Assembly: GCA_965221955.1 (NCBI GenBank)
Contig: CBDCTA010000022.1
Coordinates: 160,001-224,000, forward strand
From: Gammaproteobacteria bacterium
GTDB lineage: Bacteria > Pseudomonadota > Gammaproteobacteria > UBA4575
Direction of reading: 5' to 3'
Length of the DNA stretch: 64,000 nt
The stretch's first letter is position 1. The number at the start of each line of letters is the position of its first letter. Of this stretch, positions 8,429-17,969 are shown one piece after another. The notes below the pieces were generated by a model, which saw only the letters and a list, made by a program, of their open reading frames with translations, was not told the DNA's origin and did no database searches. The translations under genes and the position numbers were made by a program.

Positions 8429-10507
8429 CTGCCCAAATTCAATTGACTTTCCTAACCAACGTTGGATCACTGCATCAACATTATGTGGGTATTCTTCTAT
8501 GAGCTGTTTTGCTGTTTCTTGTACTAAAGGAATTAAATCTTGGTCACGCATAATATTGGCAATACGTAATTGCAGCATGCCGGTTTGACGTGTACCTAGT
8601 ACTTCACCAGGACCGCGTATTTCTAAATCGACTTGCGCAATCTTAAAACCATCGTTGGTGTTGCGCATAGTGTCGATGCGTGTTTTAGCATTTTCAGTTA
8701 ATGGTGGATTAAATACCAATACACAACTGCTTTCTTCTGTACCACGGCCTACACGTCCGCGTAATTGATGCAGTTGTGCTAAACCTAAACGTTCAGCATT
8801 TTCGATAATCATCAAACTGGCATTGGGCACATCGACACCTACTTCGATTACTGTGGTCGCAACCAATAAGTCAATTTTCTTAGCTGAAAAATTTTGCATC
8901 ACGGCATCTTTTTCTTTACCTTTCATGCGTCCATGCACTAAACCCACTTTTACGCCACGCAATAATTGGCTGAGTTCACGGTATACATCTTCTGCTGCCT
9001 GACACTGCAAGGCTTCAGATTCCTCTACCAAAGTACACACCCAATACGCTTGTTGGCCATTGCGACAGGCATTGGCTACACGATCTACCACTTCTTGGCG
9101 CCGCTCCATTGGAATTGCGATTGTACTAATGGGCTTTCTTCCTGGAGGCAATTCGTCAATAACAGAGTAATCTAAATCCGCATAGGCAGTCATTGCTAAG
9201 GTTCTTGGGATCGGCGTTGCAGTCATAATCAGTTGATGCGGATGATTTCCGTCCTGTATACCTTTTTCGCGCAACGCTAAACGTTGGTGCACGCCAAAGC
9301 GGTGTTGTTCATCGATAACCACTAAAGCTAAATTTTTAAATTCAACACCTTGTTGAAATAAAGCATGCGTACCTACGATGGCATTTGCAGTACCGGTAGC
9401 AATGAGTTCTTTCATTTCATTGGCTTTACTTGTAGTGAGTTTTCCTGACAGCCAAGCTAGCCGAATACCTAGCGGTTCCAACCAATGTGAAAAATTACGT
9501 AAATGTTGTTCAGCTAAAATTTCGGTAGGCGCCATCACTACGGCTTGATAGCCCGCTTCGATCACCTGCAAACATGCTGCAATTGCAATTAGAGTTTTTC
9601 CGCTGCCTACATCCCCTTGCACTAAACGCAGCATAGGGGAATCATTTGTTAAATCTGAAAATACAGTGTCGATTACACGTTGCTGAGCATTCGTCAGTTC
9701 AAATTCCAGCCCAGCTAAGAGTTTTTTATACAGTTGTTTGTTAGCCTGAATAGCAATGGCCGGCTGCTTTTGCATTTGCAGCCTAAGTTTAGACAAACTT
9801 AGTTGTTGCGCTAATAATTCTTCAAAAGACAAACGTCGTTGCATTGCATGTTTGCCTGAGGCAAGTGCTTCTACATCGGCTTCAGGTGGTGGACGATGTA
9901 CAAATTTCAGCGCTTCAATAATACAAACAGTTTGACCATCAATCAGTGGCGGCGTAGGCAATAAATCTAGTTGAGGTGCTTCATTTTGACCAATCCACTG
10001 CAAAGCTTGAGACGTGAGTCGCCGCAAACTAAGCTGATGTAATCCTTCAGTGGTGGCATAAATTGGAGTGAGATGATCTTCAACTTTAGCGGGTTCATCT
10101 TGGTGCAACAATTCATATTCAGGGTGCACCATTTCTGGGCCTTTAATTCCCTGCCTAATTTCACCAAAACATCTAATTTTACTGCCTCGAGAAAGGTTCT
10201 CTCGTTGTGCCTTGTTGAAATAAAAAAAACGCAGTAACACTCTGCCCGTGCCATCATCAACGCTCACTAGTAGCATACGTCGTTTACGAAACACCACTTC
10301 ACTGTGTTCAATATTACCGATCACTACACACTCTTCTCCTGCACGCAGTGCTGCAACGGGACGGATACGCGTTCGATCTTGGTAACGAATAGGCAGGTGG
10401 AAGAGTAGATCTTGCACTGTGTAGATCTGTATACGTTGCAAGCGCTCTGCAACTTTGGAACCTACACCTTTTAGTGCAGTAACCTCTGGAAAAGATTCTT
10501 TACTCAA
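8423..10507 (-). CDS. recG: ATP-dependent DNA helicase RecG
   Basis: RLVQGDVGSGKT, DEQHRFGV, MTATPIPRTL, QLHQLRGRVGRG. Confidence 0.98.
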   Translation of the reverse strand: MSKESFPEVTALKGVGSKVAERLQRIQIYTVQDLLFHLPIRYQDRTRIRPVAALRAGEECVVIGNIEHSEVVFRKRRMLLVSVDDGTGRVLLRFFYFNKAQRENLSRGSKIRCFGEIRQGIKGPEMVHPEYELLHQDEPAKVEDHLTPIYATTEGLHQLSLRRLTSQALQWIGQNEAPQLDLLPTPPLIDGQTVCIIEALKFVHRPPPEADVEALASGKHAMQRRLSFEELLAQQLSLSKLRLQMQKQPAIAIQANKQLYKKLLAGLEFELTNAQQRVIDTVFSDLTNDSPMLRLVQGDVGSGKTLIAIAACLQVIEAGYQAVVMAPTEILAEQHLRNFSHWLEPLGIRLAWLSGKLTTSKANEMKELIATGTANAIVGTHALFQQGVEFKNLALVVIDEQHRFGVHQRLALREKGIQDGNHPHQLIMTATPIPRTLAMTAYADLDYSVIDELPPGRKPISTIAIPMERRQEVVDRVANACRNGQQAYWVCTLVEESEALQCQAAEDVYRELSQLLRGVKVGLVHGRMKGKEKDAVMQNFSAKKIDLLVATTVIEVGVDVPNASLMIIENAERLGLAQLHQLRGRVGRGTEESSCVLVFNPPLTENAKTRIDTMRNTNDGFKIAQVDLEIRGPGEVLGTRQTGMLQLRIANIMRDQDLIPLVQETAKQLIEEYPHNVDAVIQRWLGKSIEFGQV

Positions 10508-10564
10508 GCGTTAGATTAGAATTATTTCAGGAATTAACAGAAAACGTTGATTAGTCTAATTATC

Positions 10565-10948
10565 TTATCCCAGTACCATTATGGCATCCATCTCCACCCC
10601 AACCTCTTTTGGCAATGAAGCAACACCGATTGCTGCGCGTGCTGGATAGGGTTCTGAAAAATATTCAGCCATAATTTCATTCACTAAAGGGAAATGACTA
10701 AGGTCAGTAAGAAATATATTTAGTTTTACAATATCACTTAAAGAACCTCCTGCAGCTTGAGCAACCGCTTGTAGGTTTTCAAACACACGACTGATCTGTG
10801 CGCGCATATCGCCTTCAATAACTTCCATAGTGGCAGGATCAAGAGGTATTTGTCCCGACAAATACACCGTGGAATCCACTTTCACCGCCTGTGAATAAGT
10901 GCCAATTGCTTGTGGTGCTTGATCAGTACTGATTATTTCCCTACTCAT
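10565..10948 (-). CDS. ridA: RidA/YjgF enamine-imine deaminase
   Basis: [34 protein letters not shown]; usual spoT-ridA-recG synteny. Confidence 0.92.
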   Translation of the reverse strand: MSREIISTDQAPQAIGTYSQAVKVDSTVYLSGQIPLDPATMEVIEGDMRAQISRVFENLQAVAQAAGGSLSDIVKLNIFLTDLSHFPLVNEIMAEYFSEPYPARAAIGVASLPKEVGVEMDAIMVLG

Positions 10949-10968
10949 TTATTATTCTCCTTATTTAT

Positions 10969-11095
10969 TTAGGAAGCATTGATTTATTTTAAGATGAGTC
11001 ACAAAAATATCGCAACAAACGATGTGTATTTTTTATACATTAGCGCAGTGAGATCATTTTTTAACGACGTATTAAAGTAACTCAAGAATTCCTAA
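10969..11095. repeat. 127-bp ERIC-like / MITE-like palindromic element
   Basis: Terminal inverted repeat ttaggaagcattgatttattttaa vs ttaggaattcttgagttactttaa (19/24); central atgtgtat...atacat stem. Confidence 0.6.
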
Positions 11096-11098
11096 TTG

Positions 11099-13270
11099 TT
11101 AGTTTCGTTTAACTTTATAAACCTGTGGAACATTTTTTATTGTGCGCATGATACGTGCCAGATGGACACGGTCTTTAACGGTAAGCAAAACTGTTAGCAT
11201 TGTTGTTGAACCGAATTTTTCATCAAAAACGATATTCTCTATATTCGAACTTTCTTCGGAAATAGTTGTAGCAACTAGCGCTAACACACCCGGCTCATTT
11301 GCAGTACGCACCGTAATCTCCGCTGTGAATTCATTATCGATATCGTTTGCCCAGTACACATTAATCCATTTATCACGACTTGTGGTTTTACGTTTAGTGT
11401 TCTTACACTTCGTGTGATGCACCACCAAACCTCTTCCTGCTGTCATAATGCCAATAATTGGATCTCCAGGAATGGGGTAACAACATTTACCAAAATCCAC
11501 AACCATCCCTTCTGTACCGCGGATGGCTAATGGGTGTTTATTCTCATTCTTACGTCGCCGTAACTTGATCCAACTACCGCGCAATGACTCGATGTGCTTA
11601 GCTACGAACGGTGCCATACGATCACCTAAACCAATCTCCGCAAACATTTGTTCTTCACTTTCTAATTGTAAATCTTTTAACAAATTCGCTTGTTCTCGTT
11701 GACTAATATCTTGCCAAGTTTTGTCATAGTTTCTTAATGCTCGATTTAACAAACGCTGACCTAACTCTGCTGCTTCACTCCTTTGAAGATGTTTAAGGAA
11801 GCTACGTATATTCGAACGCGCTTTTGCAGTCACAATAAAATTCAACCACGCTGGATTGGGTCGACCACTAGGAGAAGTAACAATTTCAACTGTTTGGCCA
11901 TTCTGCAATACGGTACCCAACGGCTCTATACGACGATTAATTTTTGCTGCCACACAATGGTTGCCAATATCAGTGTGTACCGCATAGGCAAAATCAATCG
12001 CAGTAGAGTTAATCGGTAATTCCATGATATCGCCAGCAGGTGTAAATACGTAGATTTCGTCTCGATACAAATCAACTTTGACACTTTCAAGAAATTCCAA
12101 AGAACTTCCCGATCGATTTTGCATTTCCGAAACCGTATTCAACCACTCCCGAGTACGTATGTGTGGTGCATTATGATCATCTCCAGCACCTTTATACATC
12201 CAATGTGCCGCAATACCTGACTGTGCAACTTGGTCCATTTCTTCCGAACGCACTTGAACTTCAATTGGCATGCCTTTTGGCCCAAACAAAATGGTGTGTA
12301 AAGATTGATAGGCATTCTTTTTAGGTATCGCGATGTAATCTTTAAACTTACCTGGAACGGGTTTATATAAATTATGAATCAATCCAATGACACGATAACA
12401 AGTGTCTACACTATCCACTATGATACGAAAAGCAAACACATCAAATACTTCAGAAAACTGCAGGTGCTTTTCTTGCATTTTGCGATAAATACTGTAGATA
12501 TTTTTTTCGCGCCCAATAATTCTGCTAGCGATATTCGCCTGCTCTAATCGTTCACAAATATTTTTTTCAACCTCTTGCAATAGCGCATCACGATTAATAT
12601 TGGTACGGCGAATCACATCTTTTAAAACTTTGTAACGAAAGGGCCATAAATATTTAAATGAAAGTTCTTCAAGCTCAACGCGTAAATCATGCATACCTAA
12701 ACGCAATGCAATTGGTGCATAAATATCTAAAGTCTCACGTGCAATGCGTTTGCGTTTTTTTTCAGGCATCACATCAATGGTGCGCATATTATGTAGACGA
12801 TCCGCTAGTTTGATAATGATCACACGTACGTCTTTAACCATCGCAAGCATCATTTTGCGAAAGTTTTCTGCCTGTGCTTCTTGGCGTGATTCAAATTCAA
12901 GATGTGTAAGCTTGCTGACCCCGTCAACCAATTCTGCTACGTCTTCGCCAAACTCTTGTTTAACATGTTCTTTAGCGGTTTCAGTATCTTCAATAACGTC
13001 ATGCAGAATCGCAGCTTGAATGGTTTGTGCATCCATATGCATTTCAGCTAGCACTTTTGCTACAGAGAGAGGGTGATAAATATAAGGCTCGCCCGTTAAG
13101 CGCGTTTGGCCTTCATGTGCATCTGCGCTAAACAGATAGGCGCGATAGATTCTTTTTACTTGGTCTGGATGTAAGTAGCTTTCTAGTAGCGCGCACAAGT
13201 CACTAATCAAAAATCGCGACGGCTGATTTTTGGAAGAAGTTGCGCTAGTTGACTCAGCGACAGAGGCCAT
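11099..13270 (-). CDS. spoT: Bifunctional (p)ppGpp synthetase/hydrolase SpoT
   Basis: Intact HD motif (AILHDVIED), KLADRLHNMRT, YQSLHT, TGS and ACT domains; follows rpoZ. Confidence 0.97.
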   Translation of the reverse strand: MASVAESTSATSSKNQPSRFLISDLCALLESYLHPDQVKRIYRAYLFSADAHEGQTRLTGEPYIYHPLSVAKVLAEMHMDAQTIQAAILHDVIEDTETAKEHVKQEFGEDVAELVDGVSKLTHLEFESRQEAQAENFRKMMLAMVKDVRVIIIKLADRLHNMRTIDVMPEKKRKRIARETLDIYAPIALRLGMHDLRVELEELSFKYLWPFRYKVLKDVIRRTNINRDALLQEVEKNICERLEQANIASRIIGREKNIYSIYRKMQEKHLQFSEVFDVFAFRIIVDSVDTCYRVIGLIHNLYKPVPGKFKDYIAIPKKNAYQSLHTILFGPKGMPIEVQVRSEEMDQVAQSGIAAHWMYKGAGDDHNAPHIRTREWLNTVSEMQNRSGSSLEFLESVKVDLYRDEIYVFTPAGDIMELPINSTAIDFAYAVHTDIGNHCVAAKINRRIEPLGTVLQNGQTVEIVTSPSGRPNPAWLNFIVTAKARSNIRSFLKHLQRSEAAELGQRLLNRALRNYDKTWQDISQREQANLLKDLQLESEEQMFAEIGLGDRMAPFVAKHIESLRGSWIKLRRRKNENKHPLAIRGTEGMVVDFGKCCYPIPGDPIIGIMTAGRGLVVHHTKCKNTKRKTTSRDKWINVYWANDIDNEFTAEITVRTANEPGVLALVATTISEESSNIENIVFDEKFGSTTMLTVLLTVKDRVHLARIMRTIKNVPQVYKVKRN

Positions 13271-13307
13271 GGTTGTTTGCCGCTGTTAGGTACGTCCTTA
13301 CCTGGGT

Positions 13308-13889
13308 TTATTGATCTCCATCCGTAGACGTGTCTGAGTTTGGCATGGGAATACCAAAGTCATTCGATGAGTCATTGGATGGTGTGTCCGTTGATGGAGT
13401 CTGTTCTACAGCGCCATCGTTAGAACTTGCAGCAAGCTCTCTTGCTAGCAAAGTTTCCATTGATGGGGGTTCCTCAGCTGCTGGTGTATCTGTTTGACCC
13501 GCATCAGGAGTAGCGGGTGCGCTACTAAATGGGCTAGAGAGTGGAGACTCAGCTGGTTGATCTGACTCTTGCTGACCTGCAACCTGACCTTCAGGGGCTG
13601 GTTGATTAAGCTCACGACTGATCTCTGCATGTAGTGCCGCAGCAAGATCGTCTTCATCAAATGGAAGTTCCTCTTCCACTGGTTCCGCTAAGGCTGCTTG
13701 CATCATTTCTTCATTGACTAAACCTAGTTCAATTTCACGTAATGCCACAACGGTTGGCTTGTCATTTTCCCACTCAACTAAAGGCTCGGTACCAAGCGAA
13801 AGTTGACGCGCACGTTTGCTGGCAAGTAATACCAACTTAAAGCGATTTTCTACATGATCGAGGCAATCTTCTACCGTTACGCGGGCCAT
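13308..13889 (-). CDS. rpoZ: RNA polymerase omega subunit with long acidic C-terminal extension
   Basis: [10 protein letters not shown]...[16 protein letters not shown]...[11 protein letters not shown]; lies between gmk and spoT. Confidence 0.95.
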   Translation of the reverse strand: MARVTVEDCLDHVENRFKLVLLASKRARQLSLGTEPLVEWENDKPTVVALREIELGLVNEEMMQAALAEPVEEELPFDEDDLAAALHAEISRELNQPAPEGQVAGQQESDQPAESPLSSPFSSAPATPDAGQTDTPAAEEPPSMETLLARELAASSNDGAVEQTPSTDTPSNDSSNDFGIPMPNSDTSTDGDQ

Positions 13890-13958
13890 GGGGGTACTCC
13901 TAAATATAAATAAATACTAGTTTAGCCGAGTGAGTGTAGCGAATTTGCTGTATAGCAT

Positions 13959-14582
13959 CTAGCGTTTCGACAATAAATCTGCTGTCAATGATCGTAGATT
14001 ATCCTCACTGATAGGCTGAAATGGCTTGCCGTCTACTACTAAAGAAGTAAGCTGCTGGAGGGCTTGATCAAAATCATCATTTAATACAATGTAATCGAAC
14101 TCATCATAATGACTGATTTCATTTTCAGCATCGCGCATGCGTCGCGCAATGATCTCCTCGCTATCTTGCCCGCGACCACGCAGACGATTCTCTAATTCTG
14201 CTTTTGAAGGCGGCAAAATAAAAATAGACTGTGTATCAACAATACGTTCTCGCACCTGCGCTGCACCTTGCCAATCAATTTCGAGTATAACCTTCAGCCC
14301 ATCAGAAAGTTGTCTCTCTACAGATTCCTGTGTAGTGCCATAATAATTATCAAACACTTTTGCATATTCAATGAATGCATCTTTTTTAATCATCCGCTTA
14401 AATTCATCAACATCTGTAAAAAAATAATCTTTGCCGTTTATTTCACCAAATCGTTGTTGCCTAGTGGTATGCGAGATTGAAACTACAACATCTGATACAG
14501 AATCAACGAGTGCTTTTACCAAACTCGTTTTACCGGCTCCTGACGGAGCACTTATAATAAAAAGACTTCCTTTATCAGACAT
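13959..14582 (-). CDS. gmk: Guanylate kinase
   Basis: IISAPSGAGKTS, SHTTR, YYGT, LEIDWQGA. Start placed at MSDKG (14582). Confidence 0.97.
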   Translation of the reverse strand: MSDKGSLFIISAPSGAGKTSLVKALVDSVSDVVVSISHTTRQQRFGEINGKDYFFTDVDEFKRMIKKDAFIEYAKVFDNYYGTTQESVERQLSDGLKVILEIDWQGAAQVRERIVDTQSIFILPPSKAELENRLRGRGQDSEEIIARRMRDAENEISHYDEFDYIVLNDDFDQALQQLTSLVVDGKPFQPISEDNLRSLTADLLSKR

Positions 14583-14681
14583 AAATACAGACTCTTGGGC
14601 CACTTATGATGAATAGTCTACTTTTACTCATACAACACCTAACCCAGTAGCACTAATGATAAAAAGATTTCCTTTGCTCAT
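14550..14681 (-). repeat. Three tandem diverged copies of a gmk 5' end (mini-ORFs 14628-14681 and 14575-14631, plus the real gmk start)
   Basis: ATGs at 14681, 14631 and 14582 encode MSKGNLFIISA, MSKSRLFIISGP and MSDKGSLFIISAP. Confidence 0.85.
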
Positions 14682-14701
14682 AGTTTGATCATACACAAAA
14701 G

Positions 14702-14729
14702 AAAAAGGCTCCGCATTGCGGAGCCTTTT
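14702..14729. terminator. Intrinsic terminator after the OmpA-family gene
   Basis: aaaaaggctccgca-t-tgcggagcctttt perfect stem with A/T tails. Confidence 0.85.
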
Positions 14730-14747
14730 AATAAGAAAAATTTTAAA

Positions 14748-15425
14748 TTAACTTTTTGTTAGTGGCACCAAAGCAATCTCGACTCTTCGATTTAAACTGC
14801 GCCCATTCACATCGTCATTGCTTGCAACTGGATAATTTTCACCATAGCCATAGGTTGCTAAACGAAGTGGTTGAATATCTCTACTTTGGAAATATTGTGA
14901 AACTGCATTCGCACGTTTTTCAGACAGTCTTTGATTATATTCTTCTGTACCTGTGCTATCCGTATGCCCCATTACCTCAACCAAGGTTTTATCAAATTCA
15001 TCAATGACTAACGTAACAGAATCTAATACTGCGAAAAAGTCGCCATTAATATCTGCACTATCTGTAGCAAAGGTTACATTACCAGGCATATTCAAAATAA
15101 TATTTTCACCATCACGCGTAACACTCACGCCAGTGCCTGCAAGTTTTTGTCTCAACTTTGCTTCTTGCACATCCATGTAATAACCAACTGCACCGCCCGC
15201 AAGTGCACCAACACCGGCGCCAATTAAAGCATGCTTGCGTCGTTCGCGGCTGTCGTCACCTGTTATCAAACCGACTACGGCCCCTGTAGCTGCACCCGCT
15301 CCTGCTCCAATAACGACTTTGCTGGTTTGCTTTTCGCCTGTATATGGATTAATAGTTGTACATGCTGAAAGCACTATAGAAATAAATACAAACCCCACAA
15401 TTTTTAACTTAGATAACATTTTCAT
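14748..15425 (-). CDS. OmpA-family lipoprotein (YiaD-like, glycine zipper plus OmpA_C)
   Basis: Lipobox LSAC, glycine zipper, GHTDSTG...NQRLSEKRA...NRRVEI. AAGGAGG RBS precedes MKML (15425). Confidence 0.92.
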   Translation of the reverse strand: MKMLSKLKIVGFVFISIVLSACTTINPYTGEKQTSKVVIGAGAGAATGAVVGLITGDDSRERRKHALIGAGVGALAGGAVGYYMDVQEAKLRQKLAGTGVSVTRDGENIILNMPGNVTFATDSADINGDFFAVLDSVTLVIDEFDKTLVEVMGHTDSTGTEEYNQRLSEKRANAVSQYFQSRDIQPLRLATYGYGENYPVASNDDVNGRSLNRRVEIALVPLTKS

Positions 15426-15805
15426 TGCCGCCTCCTTTTGCAAGCAATTATTTTTAAAATATTTCCCCATCAAGATCAGTCTATAGACTGACACTTAGTT
15501 AAATACTAAATTTTATGACATTAGGTCAATTCTGTAGTTCAGAAATTAATTTGTAATTATCGCGCAGTTGGTCGTTGAAATTGGCCACTTATGGATCCAT
15601 ACATCGGTGTATACATGCCATGTATCTAGTGCCGTTTTTCGACTATTTCACATAGCTGCAAATGAAGTCAAAATTGGCTAAGGAATTTAATTTAAAGAAG
15701 TTTTTTGAATATAGAGTGTCATTTTTACCTAAGACACTCGTATATATAAATATCCAATAAAACCATAATGATAAATATTTTGAACTTTCAAATAATCATT
15801 TAGAC

Positions 15806-16396
15806 ATGCAGCAAAATATAACAACAAAAATACGTGAGTATTTGCCAGAAATTAACGTTAATGAACTAAACTTTGATACTGATAAAAATGAACAAATACA
15901 TGCAAAACATTTAGATCATTTTACCGAGAACATTCAAAACTGGTCTCATGCCATATTAGAAAAAGCAAAACTTCCAACTACCGCTAATGAAGCCAACGCA
16001 TTAACCACTAAGTATAGTTTAGATACTAACGAAGGCTGTGCATTACGCATAGTGGTTGAATTAGATTCTTTGAACAAGTCTGTTGCTATTCAAGATGCAT
16101 CTACTGCAGCACTTGCGAGTATGAAATTATTAGAGGTGGTATGGCATAGCTCACTATTTAGAAACGCGGAAAGAAATAGTCGGAAAGAAGCAGCTAAAAG
16201 TGGCGCCACGGCTACACCTCGTGATTCTGCTGTTCAAGCCTCCAAAGGTGACAATATCAACTTATATCAAAACACTATTAATGATTTAAAAGACAAGTAT
16301 CCGCACTGCAACGTAAACGCCTTGCGACTGTTAGCCGCTACACGTTTAAACGTCAGCAAACAAGAACTTGATGATCTCAACATCACACCACAATAA
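15806..16396 (+). CDS. Hypothetical protein with C-terminal HTH-like domain; paralog of the next gene
   Basis: 196-aa ORF sharing N- and C-terminal blocks with 16433-17608. Confidence 0.7.
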   Translation: MQQNITTKIREYLPEINVNELNFDTDKNEQIHAKHLDHFTENIQNWSHAILEKAKLPTTANEANALTTKYSLDTNEGCALRIVVELDSLNKSVAIQDASTAALASMKLLEVVWHSSLFRNAERNSRKEAAKSGATATPRDSAVQASKGDNINLYQNTINDLKDKYPHCNVNALRLLAATRLNVSKQELDDLNITPQ

Positions 16397-16432
16397 ACCT
16401 GAACAAATACTTTCCCATAATCAATAATTAAA

Positions 16433-17608
16433 ATGAGCAATTCTACCCAAAACGACGATTTATTCAGTGCTTCACTAGAGTCGATAGTTACAAGTAAACG
16501 TGTTGATAAGTTTCAGCGTTTTAAAAATGACTTTAAACGTGAATGCGATGCTACTTTAAGTAATGCACAAGAATGGATTAAGGCAGAGCTACCTATCGTC
16601 ACGGATTATGTAGATCCCGCTCTGATTAAAGATGAGCTCAAACAAGCAAAGATCTCTGATCGACGTAAATATCTATTATCTGCTTTGCTGTTTGAAAGAA
16701 GCTTAAAAGATTCAATTGACAAAAATGATGCAACTGCAGCAGCTATCATGGCGATGCATATGGTAAACCATATGTGGCAAGCTAAAGTGGAACTACACGG
16801 ATTGCAACCTATGGATTCCGCCATAGCACCTGCGGCAAGTAACTCTGCGATTGATGACTATGATGATACACGTGAAAAAATTCTTACTAGCTTAATTAAG
16901 AAAGGTGAACAATTACAACGTGAATCGCAGATTCAAGAAAAAGCACCAGTACTTAAACCTGAAAAAACTGAAAAATCTCAGACGAACATAAAAGACAGTT
17001 CAGTCAAAAATAAAAAAGTAGATGCGTGGGCCGAAGAAGTAGAAAAAAATAAAAAAAGAAAGTTATCTGCACTTTCAAAAAACAAGAAAGGCAAAAAAAC
17101 ATCAAAGAAAAAATCTAATGGCATGCTATCACGTGTTAAAACAAAGCTACCTCTAAGAAGAAAAAACAAGTCACAAGAAGTACCGACTCAAGTACAAAAA
17201 AATATACATGATGAAGACTTATTAGATGACCCAAACAGATCATCTATCATGGTAAACCCTGGATTTTCTGAAAGTATTGATGATTCTATAATAAAAGCAC
17301 GCTCGGAAATATTCACGGAGGCAAACGAATCAGGAGTGAAAGTTCACAAAATTTTAAAAGCTCGTGAACACAAAAGACAGGAACCTGGCTCAAACACAAT
17401 TATCATGAAATTGGCCTCAAGTTCAACACAAAATCCAGGAGCAAAGTTATCAATTCCAGAACAATGTCAAGAAGCCATTAATGCGCTTACCGAGCAGTTC
17501 CCTGGCTATGACATGGTTGCTATCCGAAATATGGCCGCTGAAAAAGTAGGCGTATCCCCACAATATATCGAAAACTTAAATATTCTCCCAGAAAAGAAAA
17601 CGGGATAA
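16433..17608 (+). CDS. Hypothetical protein with Lys-rich disordered linker and C-terminal HTH-like domain
   Basis: 391-aa ORF, paralogous to the previous gene, followed by a hairpin. Confidence 0.75.
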   Translation: MSNSTQNDDLFSASLESIVTSKRVDKFQRFKNDFKRECDATLSNAQEWIKAELPIVTDYVDPALIKDELKQAKISDRRKYLLSALLFERSLKDSIDKNDATAAAIMAMHMVNHMWQAKVELHGLQPMDSAIAPAASNSAIDDYDDTREKILTSLIKKGEQLQRESQIQEKAPVLKPEKTEKSQTNIKDSSVKNKKVDAWAEEVEKNKKRKLSALSKNKKGKKTSKKKSNGMLSRVKTKLPLRRKNKSQEVPTQVQKNIHDEDLLDDPNRSSIMVNPGFSESIDDSIIKARSEIFTEANESGVKVHKILKAREHKRQEPGSNTIIMKLASSSTQNPGAKLSIPEQCQEAINALTEQFPGYDMVAIRNMAAEKVGVSPQYIENLNILPEKKTG

Positions 17609-17610
17609 GT

Positions 17611-17640
17611 AAAAAAACGCCTAGTGCGAATCTAGGCGTT
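17611..17640. terminator. Intrinsic terminator between convergent genes
   Basis: aaaaaaacgcctag-tgcgaat-ctaggcgtt; long U tail on the minus strand. Confidence 0.75.
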
Positions 17641-17675
17641 CTAGTACTTTTTAAATTTTGATTAAAAAATATTAA

Positions 17676-17924
17676 TTATTTTTTAATCATGCGATAGAGT
17701 AAAAGTAAAATGAGTGCACCAATTACTGCAATCACTAAACTAACTATATTAAAACCGGTTACAGTTCCAAATCCTAATAACGTACTGATATAACCGCCCA
17801 CAAAAGCACCGGCAATACCAAGCAGTATTGTTACGATAATTCCACCAGGATCCTTACCCGGCATAATCAATTTTGCTATAGCTCCTACGATTCCGCCCAA
17901 TATTACCCAAGTTAGAATGCCCAT
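17676..17924 (-). CDS. GlsB/YeaQ/YmgE (transglycosylase-associated) membrane protein
   Basis: MGILTWVILGGIVGAIAKLIMPGKDPGG...LGIAGAFVGG...AVIGALILL. Confidence 0.92.
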   Translation of the reverse strand: MGILTWVILGGIVGAIAKLIMPGKDPGGIIVTILLGIAGAFVGGYISTLLGFGTVTGFNIVSLVIAVIGALILLLLYRMIKK

Positions 17925-17969
17925 GGTTTCTCCTTAATTATTATTATTTTAAAAAAACTATATTAAAAA

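Noticed and set aside
14583-14603. ORF-track N-terminal extension of Gmk (MAQESVF)
   Set aside because: It arises from a GTG inside the second repeat copy; Gmk homology starts at MSDKG (14582).
15495-15805. Riboswitch, sRNA or small ORF in the OmpA/hypothetical intergenic region
   Set aside because: No recognisable riboswitch consensus, terminator or convincing start/RBS; only the short palindromes were kept.
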